Shown piece by piece: positions 20,048-28,551 of a DNA stretch of 64,000 nucleotides. The number at the start of each line of letters is the position of its first letter. Position 1 is the stretch's first letter. The notes beneath the pieces were generated by a model. That model was not told the origin of the DNA. It searched no databases and saw nothing but the letters and a program-made list of their open reading frames with translations. Made by a program: the position numbers and the translations under genes. Origin of the DNA: Deferrisomatales bacterium (GTDB lineage Bacteria > Desulfobacterota > Deferrisomatia > Deferrisomatales > JACRMM01); assembly GCA_033551855.1 (NCBI GenBank), contig JAWSUI010000001.1, positions 32,001 to 96,000 on the forward strand. The letters run 5' to 3'.

Positions 20048-20144
20048 CCAGGAAGGGGGGGCTGGACGGTTCCCGGGGTCCTGGCAGCCGAGCCACGCCC
20101 ACGAGAGGAGGCTTATCCTGTAGATCCTGCGAATCCTGTCCAAC
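20017..20144. repeat. GACAGGAT-type inverted repeat at the mvhD2/metV2 junction
   Basis: GTTGGACGGGATGACAGGATGCACAGGATGA (20017-20047) ... TTATCCTGTAGATCCTGCGAATCCTGTCCAAC (20113-20144). Confidence 0.75.
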
Positions 20145-20162
20145 AGAACGCGAGGTGTTCTC

Positions 20163-20912
20163 ATGATCGTCGGCGAGCAGAAGCCACTGGCGGAGATCAA
20201 GGGGTTCCTGGACGGGGCGCAGAAGGTCCTTGTGGCAGGGTGCGGCACCTGCGTCACCGTGTGCCTGGCCGGGGGCGAGAAGGAGGCCCAGCTCCTGGCC
20301 TCCGCCCTGCGCATGGCGACGACGCTCGACGACGCCACCCGTCAGGTGAGCGACGTCACGGTGCAGCGCCAGTGCGAGTGGGAGTACCTGGACACCATCG
20401 GGGAGCGGGTGCGGGACGCAGATCTGGTGGTATCGCTCGCCTGCGGCATCGGGGTGCAGGCCATGGCGCGGCACTTCCCCGACCAGTGGGTCGTACCCGG
20501 CCTCAACACCACCTTCCTGGGACTCCCCGAGGAGCAGGGCGTCTGGACCGAGCAGTGCCAGGCCTGCGGCAACTGCATGCTCGGCCTGACCGGGGGGATC
20601 TGCCCCATCGCCCGATGCTCGAAGCAGGTGCAGAACGGGCCCTGCGGTGGCTCCGAGAACGGCCTGTGCGAGGTCAAACGCGTCAAACGGGAGAACGGCA
20701 TCCCGGTGATGAGAGCCGATGCGCGAGGCAGGCAGGCTCCCGTCACCGAGGATGTGGAGTGCGCGTGGCACCTGATCCACGAGCGCCTCAAATGCCTCGG
20801 GCGGCTCGACCTGATCCGAGGCGTCCAGGAGCCCAAGGACTGGTCCACCTCCCGGGACGGCGGCCCCCGCCGCATCGTCCGGGAAGACCTGCTCCTGCTG
20901 GACGAGGAATAG
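20163..20912 (+). CDS. metV: MetV, copy 2
   Basis: Same Cys motifs as copy 1 (GCGTCVTVC, RQCEWEY, CQACGNC, GICPIARCSK, NGPCGG, CAW). Confidence 0.9.
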   Translation: MIVGEQKPLAEIKGFLDGAQKVLVAGCGTCVTVCLAGGEKEAQLLASALRMATTLDDATRQVSDVTVQRQCEWEYLDTIGERVRDADLVVSLACGIGVQAMARHFPDQWVVPGLNTTFLGLPEEQGVWTEQCQACGNCMLGLTGGICPIARCSKQVQNGPCGGSENGLCEVKRVKRENGIPVMRADARGRQAPVTEDVECAWHLIHERLKCLGRLDLIRGVQEPKDWSTSRDGGPRRIVREDLLLLDEE

Positions 20913-20923
20913 GAAAAGGCCGG

Positions 20924-21037
20924 TTTGGACAGGATAACAGGATGGACGGGATGAAGACGGCGGGCGAACCTGCGGGGCGGATTAACCGGCCAGGGCGTAA
21001 GCCGACCTGAACGTTCACATCCCGGTCATCCTGTCAA
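20924..21037. repeat. GACAGGAT-type inverted repeat at the metV2/metF2 junction
   Basis: TTTGGACAGGATAACAGGATGGACGGGATGAA (20924-20955) ... TTCACATCCCGGTCATCCTGTCAA (21014-21037). Confidence 0.72.
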
Positions 21038-21064
21038 GGGACGTCCTACTCGTGGGGTTTTGAG

Positions 21065-22042
21065 ATGACGACGGACAACGGCTACAAGTCGGGCAGCAAC
21101 CTGGAGAAGGTCCTTCGGGCGGGCCATTTCGCCGTGACCGGGGAGCTCGGCCCCCCCCAGAGCTCGGACGGCGACCACATCCGCAAGAAGGCCGCGCACC
21201 TGAAGGGCGCGGTGGACGCGGTGAACGTCACGGACAACCAGACGGCCGTCGTCCGGATGTCGAGTCTGGGGGCCTCGATCATCGCCGTGCAGGAGGGCCT
21301 GGAGCCGGTCATGCAGATGACCTGCCGGGACCGCAACCGGCTGGCGATGCAGGCAGACTATCTGAGCGCCTACGCCCTGGGCATCCGCAACATGCTCGCC
21401 CTGACCGGCGACCACCAGTCCTTCGGAAACCACCCGACGGCCAAGAACGTCCACGACCTGGACTCCCTGCAGCAGCTCCGCATGATGAAGGACCTGCGGG
21501 ACGGGCGGAAGTTCCAATGCGGCGACCCGGTGAAGGGGTGCGAACCCCGGTTCTTCATCGGGGCGGCGGCGGCCCCCGAGGCCCACCCGGTGGAGTGGCG
21601 GCCCCAGCGCCTGGCGAAGAAGGCCGCCGCCGGGGCGGACTTCGTGCAGACCCAGCTCGTGTACAACGTGCCGGCCTTTCGGCGGTACATGGAGGAGGTG
21701 CGCAGGCTCCGGGTCCACGAGAGGCTAGCCATCCTGGTCGGGGTCGGGCCGCTGAAGGGACCGGCCATGGCGAAGTACATGCGGGACTTCGTCCCGGGGA
21801 TCACCGTGCCCGACTACGTGATCGAGCGGATCGAAACCGCCGCCCGGGGCATCCCCCCCGAGGAGAAGGAGGAGCGCCAGCGGGTATGGCGCGCCGAGGG
21901 GCTCAAGATGTGCATCGAGCTGATCCAGGAGCTCCGGGAGGTCGAAGGGGTGGCGGGAGCCCACGTCATGGCCATCGAGTGGGAGGAGGCGGTGCGGCCC
22001 ATCGTCGAGGGCGCCGGCCTCCTGCCGCGGCCCGTGGTGTGA
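21065..22042 (+). CDS. metF: Methylene-THF reductase MetF, copy 2
   Basis: FAVTGELGPP, NVTDNQTAVVRMSS, QMTCRDRNRLAMQAD, LALTGDH, DFVQTQ, HVMAIEWE. Confidence 0.93.
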   Translation: MTTDNGYKSGSNLEKVLRAGHFAVTGELGPPQSSDGDHIRKKAAHLKGAVDAVNVTDNQTAVVRMSSLGASIIAVQEGLEPVMQMTCRDRNRLAMQADYLSAYALGIRNMLALTGDHQSFGNHPTAKNVHDLDSLQQLRMMKDLRDGRKFQCGDPVKGCEPRFFIGAAAAPEAHPVEWRPQRLAKKAAAGADFVQTQLVYNVPAFRRYMEEVRRLRVHERLAILVGVGPLKGPAMAKYMRDFVPGITVPDYVIERIETAARGIPPEEKEERQRVWRAEGLKMCIELIQELREVEGVAGAHVMAIEWEEAVRPIVEGAGLLPRPVV

Positions 22043-22058
22043 CACACCGGGCCCCCAA

Positions 22059-22085
22059 CATCCCGTCGATCCCGTTATCCCGTCG
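22059..22085. repeat. Solo right arm of the ATCC(C/T)GT repeat at the metF2/hdrCB2 junction
   Basis: CATCCCGTCGATCCCGTTATCCCGTCG. Confidence 0.55.
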
Positions 22086-22098
22086 AAAAGGGGTTTCG

Positions 22099-23508
22099 AT
22101 GGAACCAGTAACCACGACCAACCAGCTTCGCCCGGACCTGGCCCGCGAGATCGAGGCCCGCACCGGGCAGAACGCGTTCCTGTGCTACCAGTGTGTGCGG
22201 TGCACCAGCGGGTGCCCGATGACCGAGTTCTACGACTACACCCCCAACCAGGTGATGCGGCTCGTCCAGATCGGCGACGAGGAGGCCGCGCTGGGGGCCC
22301 GGACGCCCTGGCTGTGCGCCTCGTGCCAGACCTGCAGCACCCGGTGCCCCCAGGGTCTCGACATCGCCCGGGTCATGGAGACCCTGACCCAGGTGTCCCA
22401 CGAGCGGGGCATCGAGCCCGCGGTCCCCGACGTCGCCCTCTTCCACAAGATCTTCCTCAAGGACGCCAAGATCTTCGGCCGGGTGTACGAGCTGGGATTG
22501 ATGGGCGCGATGAACCTCCTGTCCGGGAACTGGTTCCAGGACATGGACCTGGGCGTGGCGATGTTCAAGAAGTCCAAGATCAGCCTGCTGCCGTCGGTGG
22601 CCCGGTCGCGACCCGACCGCCAGAAGGACCGACACCCCGCGGTCAACCAGGTGGGCTACTACCCGGGGTGCTCCCTCCACTCCCTGGCCAAGGAGTTCGA
22701 CACGTCCTTCCGCGCTTCGGCCCGCGCCCTCGGGTACCACCTGGTGGAGCCCAACGGGTGGACCTGCTGCGGGGCGAGCCCTGCCCACCACGTGGACCCC
22801 TACCTGGGAGTCAAGGCGCCGCTGGCAAACCTGTCCCTGGTGGAGGCCAGCGGCTTCGGCGAGGTCGTCGCCCCGTGCGCCGCGTGCTACAACCGGTTCA
22901 AGGCGGCCGACCACGACGTGCGTCGCGACCCGAAGCTCCGCGCACGAATCGACGCCGACCTGGGATACCGGTACCGGGGAGAGGTGGAGGTGCTGTCCAT
23001 TGCAGACTGGCTGGCCGGGCGCGTCGGCGTGGAGGCGATCCGGGGGAAGGTGGTCAAGCCTCTCGAGGGCCTCAAGGTGGTGTGCTACTACGGGTGCCTA
23101 CTCACCCGTCCGCCGGAGGTCACCGGCCACCCGCACCCCGAGTACCCGATGGAGCTCGACGAGGTGTGCCGGGCTCTCGGGGCCGAGAGCCTCGACTGGG
23201 ACGACAAGACCCTATGCTGCGGCGGCAGCCTGGCCGTGCCGGCCAAGGAGGTCATGCTCAAGCTCAGCCAGAACATCGTGGAGCACGCCCAAGAGGTCGG
23301 CGCCGACGTCATCGCCGTGGCGTGCCCGCTCTGCGACTCGAACCTCGACAGCCGCCAGCTCCAGATGCCGGGGCTCGCGAAGCGGACGCCGGTGCTCTAC
23401 GTGACCCAGCTCATGGCCCTGGCGTTCGGGCTGGGGGAAAAGGCGGCGGGTCTGGGCAAGAAGCTCGTCGACCCGCGGCCGGTGCTGCAGGAGAGAGGGC
23501 TTCTCTAG
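22099..23508 (+). CDS. hdrCB: Fused HdrC-HdrB-like protein, copy 2
   Basis: CYQCVRCTSGCP, CASCQTCSTRCP, YYPGCSL, WTCCG, YYGCLL, LCCGG, ACPLC. Confidence 0.9.
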   Translation: MEPVTTTNQLRPDLAREIEARTGQNAFLCYQCVRCTSGCPMTEFYDYTPNQVMRLVQIGDEEAALGARTPWLCASCQTCSTRCPQGLDIARVMETLTQVSHERGIEPAVPDVALFHKIFLKDAKIFGRVYELGLMGAMNLLSGNWFQDMDLGVAMFKKSKISLLPSVARSRPDRQKDRHPAVNQVGYYPGCSLHSLAKEFDTSFRASARALGYHLVEPNGWTCCGASPAHHVDPYLGVKAPLANLSLVEASGFGEVVAPCAACYNRFKAADHDVRRDPKLRARIDADLGYRYRGEVEVLSIADWLAGRVGVEAIRGKVVKPLEGLKVVCYYGCLLTRPPEVTGHPHPEYPMELDEVCRALGAESLDWDDKTLCCGGSLAVPAKEVMLKLSQNIVEHAQEVGADVIAVACPLCDSNLDSRQLQMPGLAKRTPVLYVTQLMALAFGLGEKAAGLGKKLVDPRPVLQERGLL

Positions 23509-23551
23509 CAGGGCGCCGGTGTCCCGCACCGCCCACCCCGGAGGCTATCCC

Positions 23552-24190
23552 ATGCTCGTCAAGCACCTGATGACCCCAGACCCGGTCTCCATCGCCCCGG
23601 AGCAGTCCGTGGCCGAAGCGGGAGAGCTCATGACCGAGAAGGGCATCCGGCACCTCCCGGTGATGGAGGACGGCCGCCTGGTCGGACTGGTCACCCGTAC
23701 CTCCCTGGCCCAGGCCCTCCCGGGGCTCGGCACCGGACTGACGCGCTTCGAGTACAATTACCTCACCGCCAACACCAAGATCCGCGAGGTCATGATCCGG
23801 GACCCGGCCCTCGGCACCGAGGACATGGCGGCCGAGGAGGCCGCCCGGGTGATGAATGCCCAGAGGATCTCCAGCCTGGTGGTGGTGCGCGACGGCTTGC
23901 CCATCGGCATCATCACCGACACCAACATCTTCGAGGCCATGCTGGAGCTGCTCGGTGCCCGGCGGCAGGGGGTGCGCCTGACCGTCCACCTGGCCGCCAA
24001 GGCGGGGCAGCTCAGCCGAGTCTCCGGGGCCATCGCCGAGGCAGGCGGCAACATTTCCGCCGTGGGTGCCTGGCAGGTGGACGCCGGGACGTGGGGAGTG
24101 GTCATGAAGGTGGAGAACGTTCCCCCGGATCAGGCCGTCGGCGCGGTGCAGGGGATGCCCGGCGTCTCCCTGATCGACGTGCGAACCTAG
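23552..24190 (+). CDS. CBS-pair plus ACT-domain protein (AcuB-like)
   Basis: MLVKHLMTPDPVSI, IRHLPV..LVGLVT, second CBS ISSLVV..IGIITDT, ACT-like GQLSRVSGAIAEAGGNI. Confidence 0.88.
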   Translation: MLVKHLMTPDPVSIAPEQSVAEAGELMTEKGIRHLPVMEDGRLVGLVTRTSLAQALPGLGTGLTRFEYNYLTANTKIREVMIRDPALGTEDMAAEEAARVMNAQRISSLVVVRDGLPIGIITDTNIFEAMLELLGARRQGVRLTVHLAAKAGQLSRVSGAIAEAGGNISAVGAWQVDAGTWGVVMKVENVPPDQAVGAVQGMPGVSLIDVRT

Positions 24191-24255
24191 CCCCCCCGGG
24201 GGCCTCGTGCCGGCAGCCCCGTGCTCCAGGGTCTTCCGGGGAAGGACGGGTTTTC

Positions 24256-24442
24256 GGGTTCTTCCGGTAAACCACCGGGTGGGCCCCCCCCCTCCGGCGG
24301 ACAATGCCGGACTATATGGTAGGTGGGCTCCCGCGCCGCATCCGGAATCCTCGCGGCATCGCGGCCCCCGATGTGGCTGCTCCCGTCGAGCGGCTGCCCG
24401 CCTGCGTGGCCGGGCCCACCCGGCCGTTTCTCGGAGGATCCC
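24256..24442. mobile_element. MITE-like element, copy A (about 187 bp, about 31-bp imperfect terminal inverted repeats)
   Basis: Left end GGGTTCTTCCGGTAAACCACCGGGTGGGCCC; right end (reverse complement) GGGATCCTCCGAGAAACGGCCGGGTGGGCCC. Interior closely matches the reverse complement of 29695-29865. Confidence 0.7.
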
Positions 24443-24945
24443 TACTTCATCCCCCGGCTCACCAACAGCTCCAGGTCCTCCAGTAGGGACTGGAGGTCTT
24501 CCTCGTGTTCCACCTCCTGCTCCAGGATCGTCATGACCATGTTGTAGGTCACGATGTCCTTGCCTGCCACCGTCTTGAGGAGCGCGTCGTAGGTGCTGAT
24601 CGCGCACTGCTCGCCCTCGATGTTCTGCTGCAAAATCACCTTCACGTACTCGTCGTCCGGGGGCAGATACCCACAACCGGACCACTCGTACCAGAGCCGG
24701 GGCTCCGTCACGGGCTTGCCCCCGAGCTGGATGATGCGGTTGGCCACGAGGTCGGCGTGGGCGAGCTCCTCGGTGGCGTGCTGCAGCAGCTCGGCTGCGA
24801 CCGCGTCCTTCATGGGTCCCTTGACCACTTTCGCCCCCAGCCAGTACTGGTAATACGCAAACCACTCGTCCGAGAGCGCCTTGTTGAGGAGCTTCAAGAG
24901 CTCGTCGACGTCCAGGCCTACGATTTCCCTGCCGCGCGTTCCCAT
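24442..24945 (-). CDS. Ferritin-like DpsL / bacterioferritin-related protein
   Basis: LNKALSDEWFAYYQYW, EELAHAD..RIIQLGG, GCGY...EQCAI, EVEHEEDL; AGGAGGAGG SD. Confidence 0.88.
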   Translation of the reverse strand: MGTRGREIVGLDVDELLKLLNKALSDEWFAYYQYWLGAKVVKGPMKDAVAAELLQHATEELAHADLVANRIIQLGGKPVTEPRLWYEWSGCGYLPPDDEYVKVILQQNIEGEQCAISTYDALLKTVAGKDIVTYNMVMTILEQEVEHEEDLQSLLEDLELLVSRGMK

Positions 24946-25206
24946 GGGTCCTCCTCCTGATGGGGCCTCGGGTGAGGCACGTCTACGTCGGGCTCCACGA
25001 TATCGCAGGCTCCGCGCCACGACTAGGCGGCCGAGGACGAACCGGGCCGGGGACGCTTCGGATCGGGGGGTTCTCGGACCGCCGTCGTCTGGTATGATGA
25101 GGGCTCCCCTTCCTGCCCCGCACCCGCGCCGGGGGCAGGAAGAGGCATGTACTCAGACGGGCGAAGCCCGGTTGGGGAGCCCTTCGGCGCGCTGGGGAGG
25201 CCGACC

Positions 25207-25401
25207 ATGGCCGAGGACGTGCGGAAAGAGGCGGCCCTCTACAACCTCGAAGGGGGCCAGCGGCACCTGGTCGTCCAGGGAGGTGTCGTCAAGGCGGTGG
25301 CGCCGGGGCTGCGGCTGGTGGAGGCCACGGAAGAGGAGAGGCAGCGGGTCGAGGGGACGGCCCCGGCCAAGGGGCCCCGGGAGTACGGTCTGCCGGTGTA
25401 G
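25207..25401 (+). CDS. Small hypothetical protein (64 aa)
   Basis: GGGAGG SD, host-like codon usage, extended -10 TGGTATGAT at 25090, followed by a strong hairpin. Confidence 0.6.
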   Translation: MAEDVRKEAALYNLEGGQRHLVVQGGVVKAVAPGLRLVEATEEERQRVEGTAPAKGPREYGLPV

Positions 25402-25427
25402 CCGGGGGGACTGCCGAAGCCGGAAAT

Positions 25428-25458
25428 GCGAAAGCCGGCCCTTAGGGCCGGCTTTCGC
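25428..25458. terminator. Probable bidirectional terminator hairpin
   Basis: GCGAAAGCCGGCCC-TTA-GGGCCGGCTTTCGC, a 14-bp perfect stem between convergent ORFs. Confidence 0.65.
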
Positions 25459-25479
25459 TCTCGAAGACCGGTGACGCGG

Positions 25480-25680
25480 TCACTCCCACCACGGCCGGGC
25501 GCCCCGCATGGCCACCCGACGAACCCGGCGGGGCCGACGCTCCGGGCGCAGCGCCCGAAACAGGCCCGACACCAGCTTCGCGAAGGGCGACGGGGACGGC
25601 AGCCCCCGGCGCAGGACCACGGGGGAGGCGAGCAGGAGAATCGCTGTGGTGAGTTGGGCCAGGAGCAGTTGTTCCGTCAT
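25480..25680 (-). CDS. Small hypothetical protein with hydrophobic N-terminus
   Basis: GAGAAGG upstream; LLLAQLTTAILLLASPVVL then an Arg-rich tail; ends before the hairpin. Confidence 0.35.
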   Translation of the reverse strand: MTEQLLLAQLTTAILLLASPVVLRRGLPSPSPFAKLVSGLFRALRPERRPRRVRRVAMRGARPWWE

Positions 25681-25922
25681 GGTGGTCGCCTTCTCGGAGC
25701 CTCGGTCGCTGCCTTGGACAATGACGCGTACAAGGTACTATTTGCTGCAATGCGGCGTCAAGAGGAAAAAGGTGGCGGCCGAAGCGGGCGTTGGGGCTCT
25801 CTGGGGGCCCGTCTACGCCGTCTTCCCCGGCCCCTCGTTCCGCAAGGCGGCAAATCGCGGCGCGCGCCGGGGTACCTGACAATGAATCCCGCAAGCTCGA
25901 AGCCTCATCCGGGGAACCCCCC

Positions 25923-26318
25923 GTGACCCCGCGGCCGGCCGGGCTGCCCGCCCTCTGGAGCCGTGCGGCCCACGCGGGCCTGGCGGCGCTCGGCTACCTC
26001 CTCTCCCCCCTGTCCTGGTGGAACGACGCCGTCGTGAACCTGCCGCTCGCCTATGCCTTCGGGGCAGCGGCGGAGCTGCTCTTCCCGGGGCGCTTCGCCG
26101 GGGCCGTGATCGTCGGCTACTGGCTCACGAACGTGGCCGGCCTGGTGATGCTCCACTCGGGCGCCGGCCGCGCCCTGTGCCGGACCCCCCCCTGCCGATA
26201 CACCCGTCGCATGCTCCTCCGGGACCTGGCCGTTTCCGTTCTCTACACGGTCGCGATCGCCGCCCTGGTCTGGGGCGGCGTCCTGAGACCGCCGGCAGAG
26301 CTTCTCGGGCGTGGTTGA
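25923..26318 (+). CDS. Hypothetical membrane protein (about 3 TM helices)
   Basis: LGYLLSPLSWWNDAVVNLPLAY, GYWLTNVAGLVMLH and hydrophobic helices; GTG start approximate. Confidence 0.65.
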   Translation: MTPRPAGLPALWSRAAHAGLAALGYLLSPLSWWNDAVVNLPLAYAFGAAAELLFPGRFAGAVIVGYWLTNVAGLVMLHSGAGRALCRTPPCRYTRRMLLRDLAVSVLYTVAIAALVWGGVLRPPAELLGRG

Positions 26319-26321
26319 GGG

Positions 26322-27155
26322 TCAGAGGCGGGCGAGGGTCTGGACCACCTCGTCGATGATCCAGGCCGGGGTCGATGCCCCCGCCGTCACCCCCACCCGG
26401 CTGAGGCCGCGCAGCGAGCCGAGGGGGAGCTCCGCCGCGGTCTCCACGTGGTACGAGGGGACCCCCAGGGCCTCCCCGATCTCGGCCAGCCTGCGCGTGT
26501 TGGCCGAATTCCTTCCGCCGATCACCACCAGGGCATCGACGCGCCCGGCCATTTCCCGCACCTCGGACTGCCGGCGGTGGGTCGATTGGCAGATGGTGGC
26601 CAGCGCCTTCGCCCTGGGGTAGCGGTCGAGCACGCGCTGCCGAATGGCGTGAAAGACCTCCTCGTCCTGGGTCGACTGGGCCACCAACAGGACCCGGTCC
26701 AACGGCGGGAGCTCATCGACCTCGTCGGGCCGCGACACTACCCGCGCAAACCCCGAGGCGTGGCCGAGCAGCCCCACCACCTCCGGGTGGTCGGCATCCC
26801 CGGCGATGATCACCGCGTAGCCGCGGCCGCTGAATTCCGCGATCTTCCGCTGGATCGTGGAGACCTTGGGGCAGGTGGCATCGACGACGCGACGCGACCC
26901 CTGCTCGAGCTGCTCCAGCTCAGCGGGAGGCACCCCGTGGGCCCGCACCACCACCGTACCCTCCGGGACGGGGCCGTCCGCGGGGAGCGGGATCACCCCC
27001 TTGTCCCGCAGGTCCTCCAGGGCCTGCGGGTTGTGGATGAGGGGGCCGTGGGTGAAGACCTCCCCCTCCTCCTCCTTGACGGCCTCCAGGGCCATCTCGA
27101 TGGCCCGGCGCACCCCCATGCAGAAGCCCGCCGAGCGGGCCAACACGATCTCCAC
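26322..27155 (-). CDS. ispH: 4-hydroxy-3-methylbut-2-enyl diphosphate reductase
   Basis: AGFCMGVRRA, GPLIHN, VRAHGV, DATCP, HPEV, TICQST, GGRNSANT, GVTAGASTP. Confidence 0.96.
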   Translation of the reverse strand: MEIVLARSAGFCMGVRRAIEMALEAVKEEEGEVFTHGPLIHNPQALEDLRDKGVIPLPADGPVPEGTVVVRAHGVPPAELEQLEQGSRRVVDATCPKVSTIQRKIAEFSGRGYAVIIAGDADHPEVVGLLGHASGFARVVSRPDEVDELPPLDRVLLVAQSTQDEEVFHAIRQRVLDRYPRAKALATICQSTHRRQSEVREMAGRVDALVVIGGRNSANTRRLAEIGEALGVPSYHVETAAELPLGSLRGLSRVGVTAGASTPAWIIDEVVQTLARL

Positions 27156-27325
27156 GGTTTCCCCTCCTATACGGAAACCCGCTGCCCCGCACGCCGCCTG
27201 GATCCTGCCGCCGTTCTCAAGGCACCCGGCCCCACCATTCCAACCCACTATACGTCGATCGAACGCACGATCTACTAGGACCGTCCATCTCCTTCCCGCC
27301 GTCTCCTTGCGCGCCGGTGATTATC

Positions 27326-27355
27326 AGGCTGCAACTGACTAGGCTGCAACTGACC
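27326..27355. repeat. 15-bp tandem direct repeat just upstream of a promoter
   Basis: AGGCTGCAACTGACT AGGCTGCAACTGACC. Confidence 0.8.
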
Positions 27356-27357
27356 CA

Positions 27358-27386
27358 TTGACAAACGCGCGCGCCCGGAATAATCT
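27358..27386 (+). promoter_or_regulatory. Putative sigma70 promoter of the lipoprotein islet
   Basis: TTGACA-17 nt-TAATCT. Confidence 0.55.
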
Positions 27387-27528
27387 CCTTATGGGTTTTA
27401 CTAAACACTCCCTGATCTAATCGCCGCAGCTTGGCGGCGTTTGTTTCCCTCGCTGCCGTCACCCAAGAAAGCGGGCTGGTTTGCGCAACATCAGAGCTAC
27501 GTATCTCCAGAGGAAGGGAGGGAGTGCG

Positions 27529-27990
27529 ATGGTCTCTCGGATCAGCATTCTGGCGGTTACCTTAGTCGCCTCAATTACAGCTGGGTGCATGTCCGCTCAG
27601 CAGCACTACCAGCAGACCCACGGCGCCCATGAAAAGGAAATGACGGTCGGCATAGTCCAAAGAGAGATTAGAAAGGGAATGTCTGCTGCAGACGTAGCGG
27701 GCGTTCTGGGCTCCCCGAACATAGTTACCACGGACGAGAGCGGCCGAGAGGTCTGGATCTATGACAAAATATCTACAGATGTATCGTATTCGCAGAGCTC
27801 CGGAGGCGGAGGTCTTGCGCTGCTGATTGGTGCCGCAGCTGGAAATGTGGTCGGCGGAGGTCTGGGGTCAACGAGTTACTCGCAGTCGGCAGGGGCTCAG
27901 TCCAAAACGCAACGGACTCTGACGGTCATTATAAAATACGATGAAGACAAGCTCGTTCGGGATTTTGCCTACCACTCCAGCAAGTTTTAG
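27529..27990 (+). CDS. Lipoprotein, SmpA/OmlA (BamE)-like
   Basis: Lipobox ITAG-C; IRKGMSAADVAGVLGSPNIV...EVWIY resembles the SmpA/OmlA motif; low-GC codons. Confidence 0.75.
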   Translation: MVSRISILAVTLVASITAGCMSAQQHYQQTHGAHEKEMTVGIVQREIRKGMSAADVAGVLGSPNIVTTDESGREVWIYDKISTDVSYSQSSGGGGLALLIGAAAGNVVGGGLGSTSYSQSAGAQSKTQRTLTVIIKYDEDKLVRDFAYHSSKF

Positions 27991-28004
27991 AGCGGAGCGC
28001 GGCG

Positions 28005-28541
28005 ATGAGAGGGCTGCATACGACTAGAGCCCTTATCGGCTCCATAGGGTTTCTTACCCTCGTTTCCTGCGCGCCCACTGTGCCAAGAGACGCTCTAACA
28101 CTAACGCCGGAGTCCTTGGCCGACCGCCAGGTACAAACGAGGACTTTCGACACGAGTGACGAAGCGAAGATTTTGGAGGCCAGCGCCGCGGTTCTGCAAG
28201 ATTTGGGCTATACGATCGACGCCTCTGAAGTTCCTTGCGGAGTCATCGTCTGTTCGCGCGACCGAGACGTGACCAATCCCGGAGAAGTTGTTGGAAAAGT
28301 GCTCCTTGCTGCGCTTGTGGGGACACCGGCAACTTGGAACAAGCGCCAAAAAGTAGTAGCGTCCCTGGTGACCCGCCCATTAGGAGAAAACAGGATCGCC
28401 GTGCGCATTACATTCCAGCACATGGTCTGGAACACACAAAATCAAATGACGAAGAACGAGACGATAAAGGAACCCGCTGTCTACCAAGAGTTTTTCGAGC
28501 GTCTCTCGAAGTCTGTATTCTTGGCGGCGCACGACCTCTAG
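28005..28541 (+). CDS. Uncharacterised lipoprotein (paralog of the next gene)
   Basis: Lipobox LVS-C; QTRTFDT...LQDLGY...YQEFFERLSKSVFL. Confidence 0.8.
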   Translation: MRGLHTTRALIGSIGFLTLVSCAPTVPRDALTLTPESLADRQVQTRTFDTSDEAKILEASAAVLQDLGYTIDASEVPCGVIVCSRDRDVTNPGEVVGKVLLAALVGTPATWNKRQKVVASLVTRPLGENRIAVRITFQHMVWNTQNQMTKNETIKEPAVYQEFFERLSKSVFLAAHDL

Positions 28542-28551
28542 GAGGCCTGAA

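Noticed and set aside
12789..22085. GACAGGAT repeats as a CRISPR array
   Set aside because: The arms are inverted, degenerate and separated by whole genes; there is no repeat-spacer periodicity and no cas gene.
7794..23508. Hdr/Mvh cluster as the class II benzoyl-CoA reductase (BamB-I), given the Sec-MvhD and nearby bamA-like gene
   Set aside because: No tungsten AOR-family BamB, BamC or NuoEFG-like BamGHI genes are present; the MvhDs are short stand-alone proteins and the partners are MetV and MetF.
24304..24486. Small ORFs inside the MITE-like repeats (24304-24486, 24207-24536, 29646-29975)
   Set aside because: No SD, starts and stops are not shared between copies, and they overlap dpsL or the repeat ends; not called as genes.
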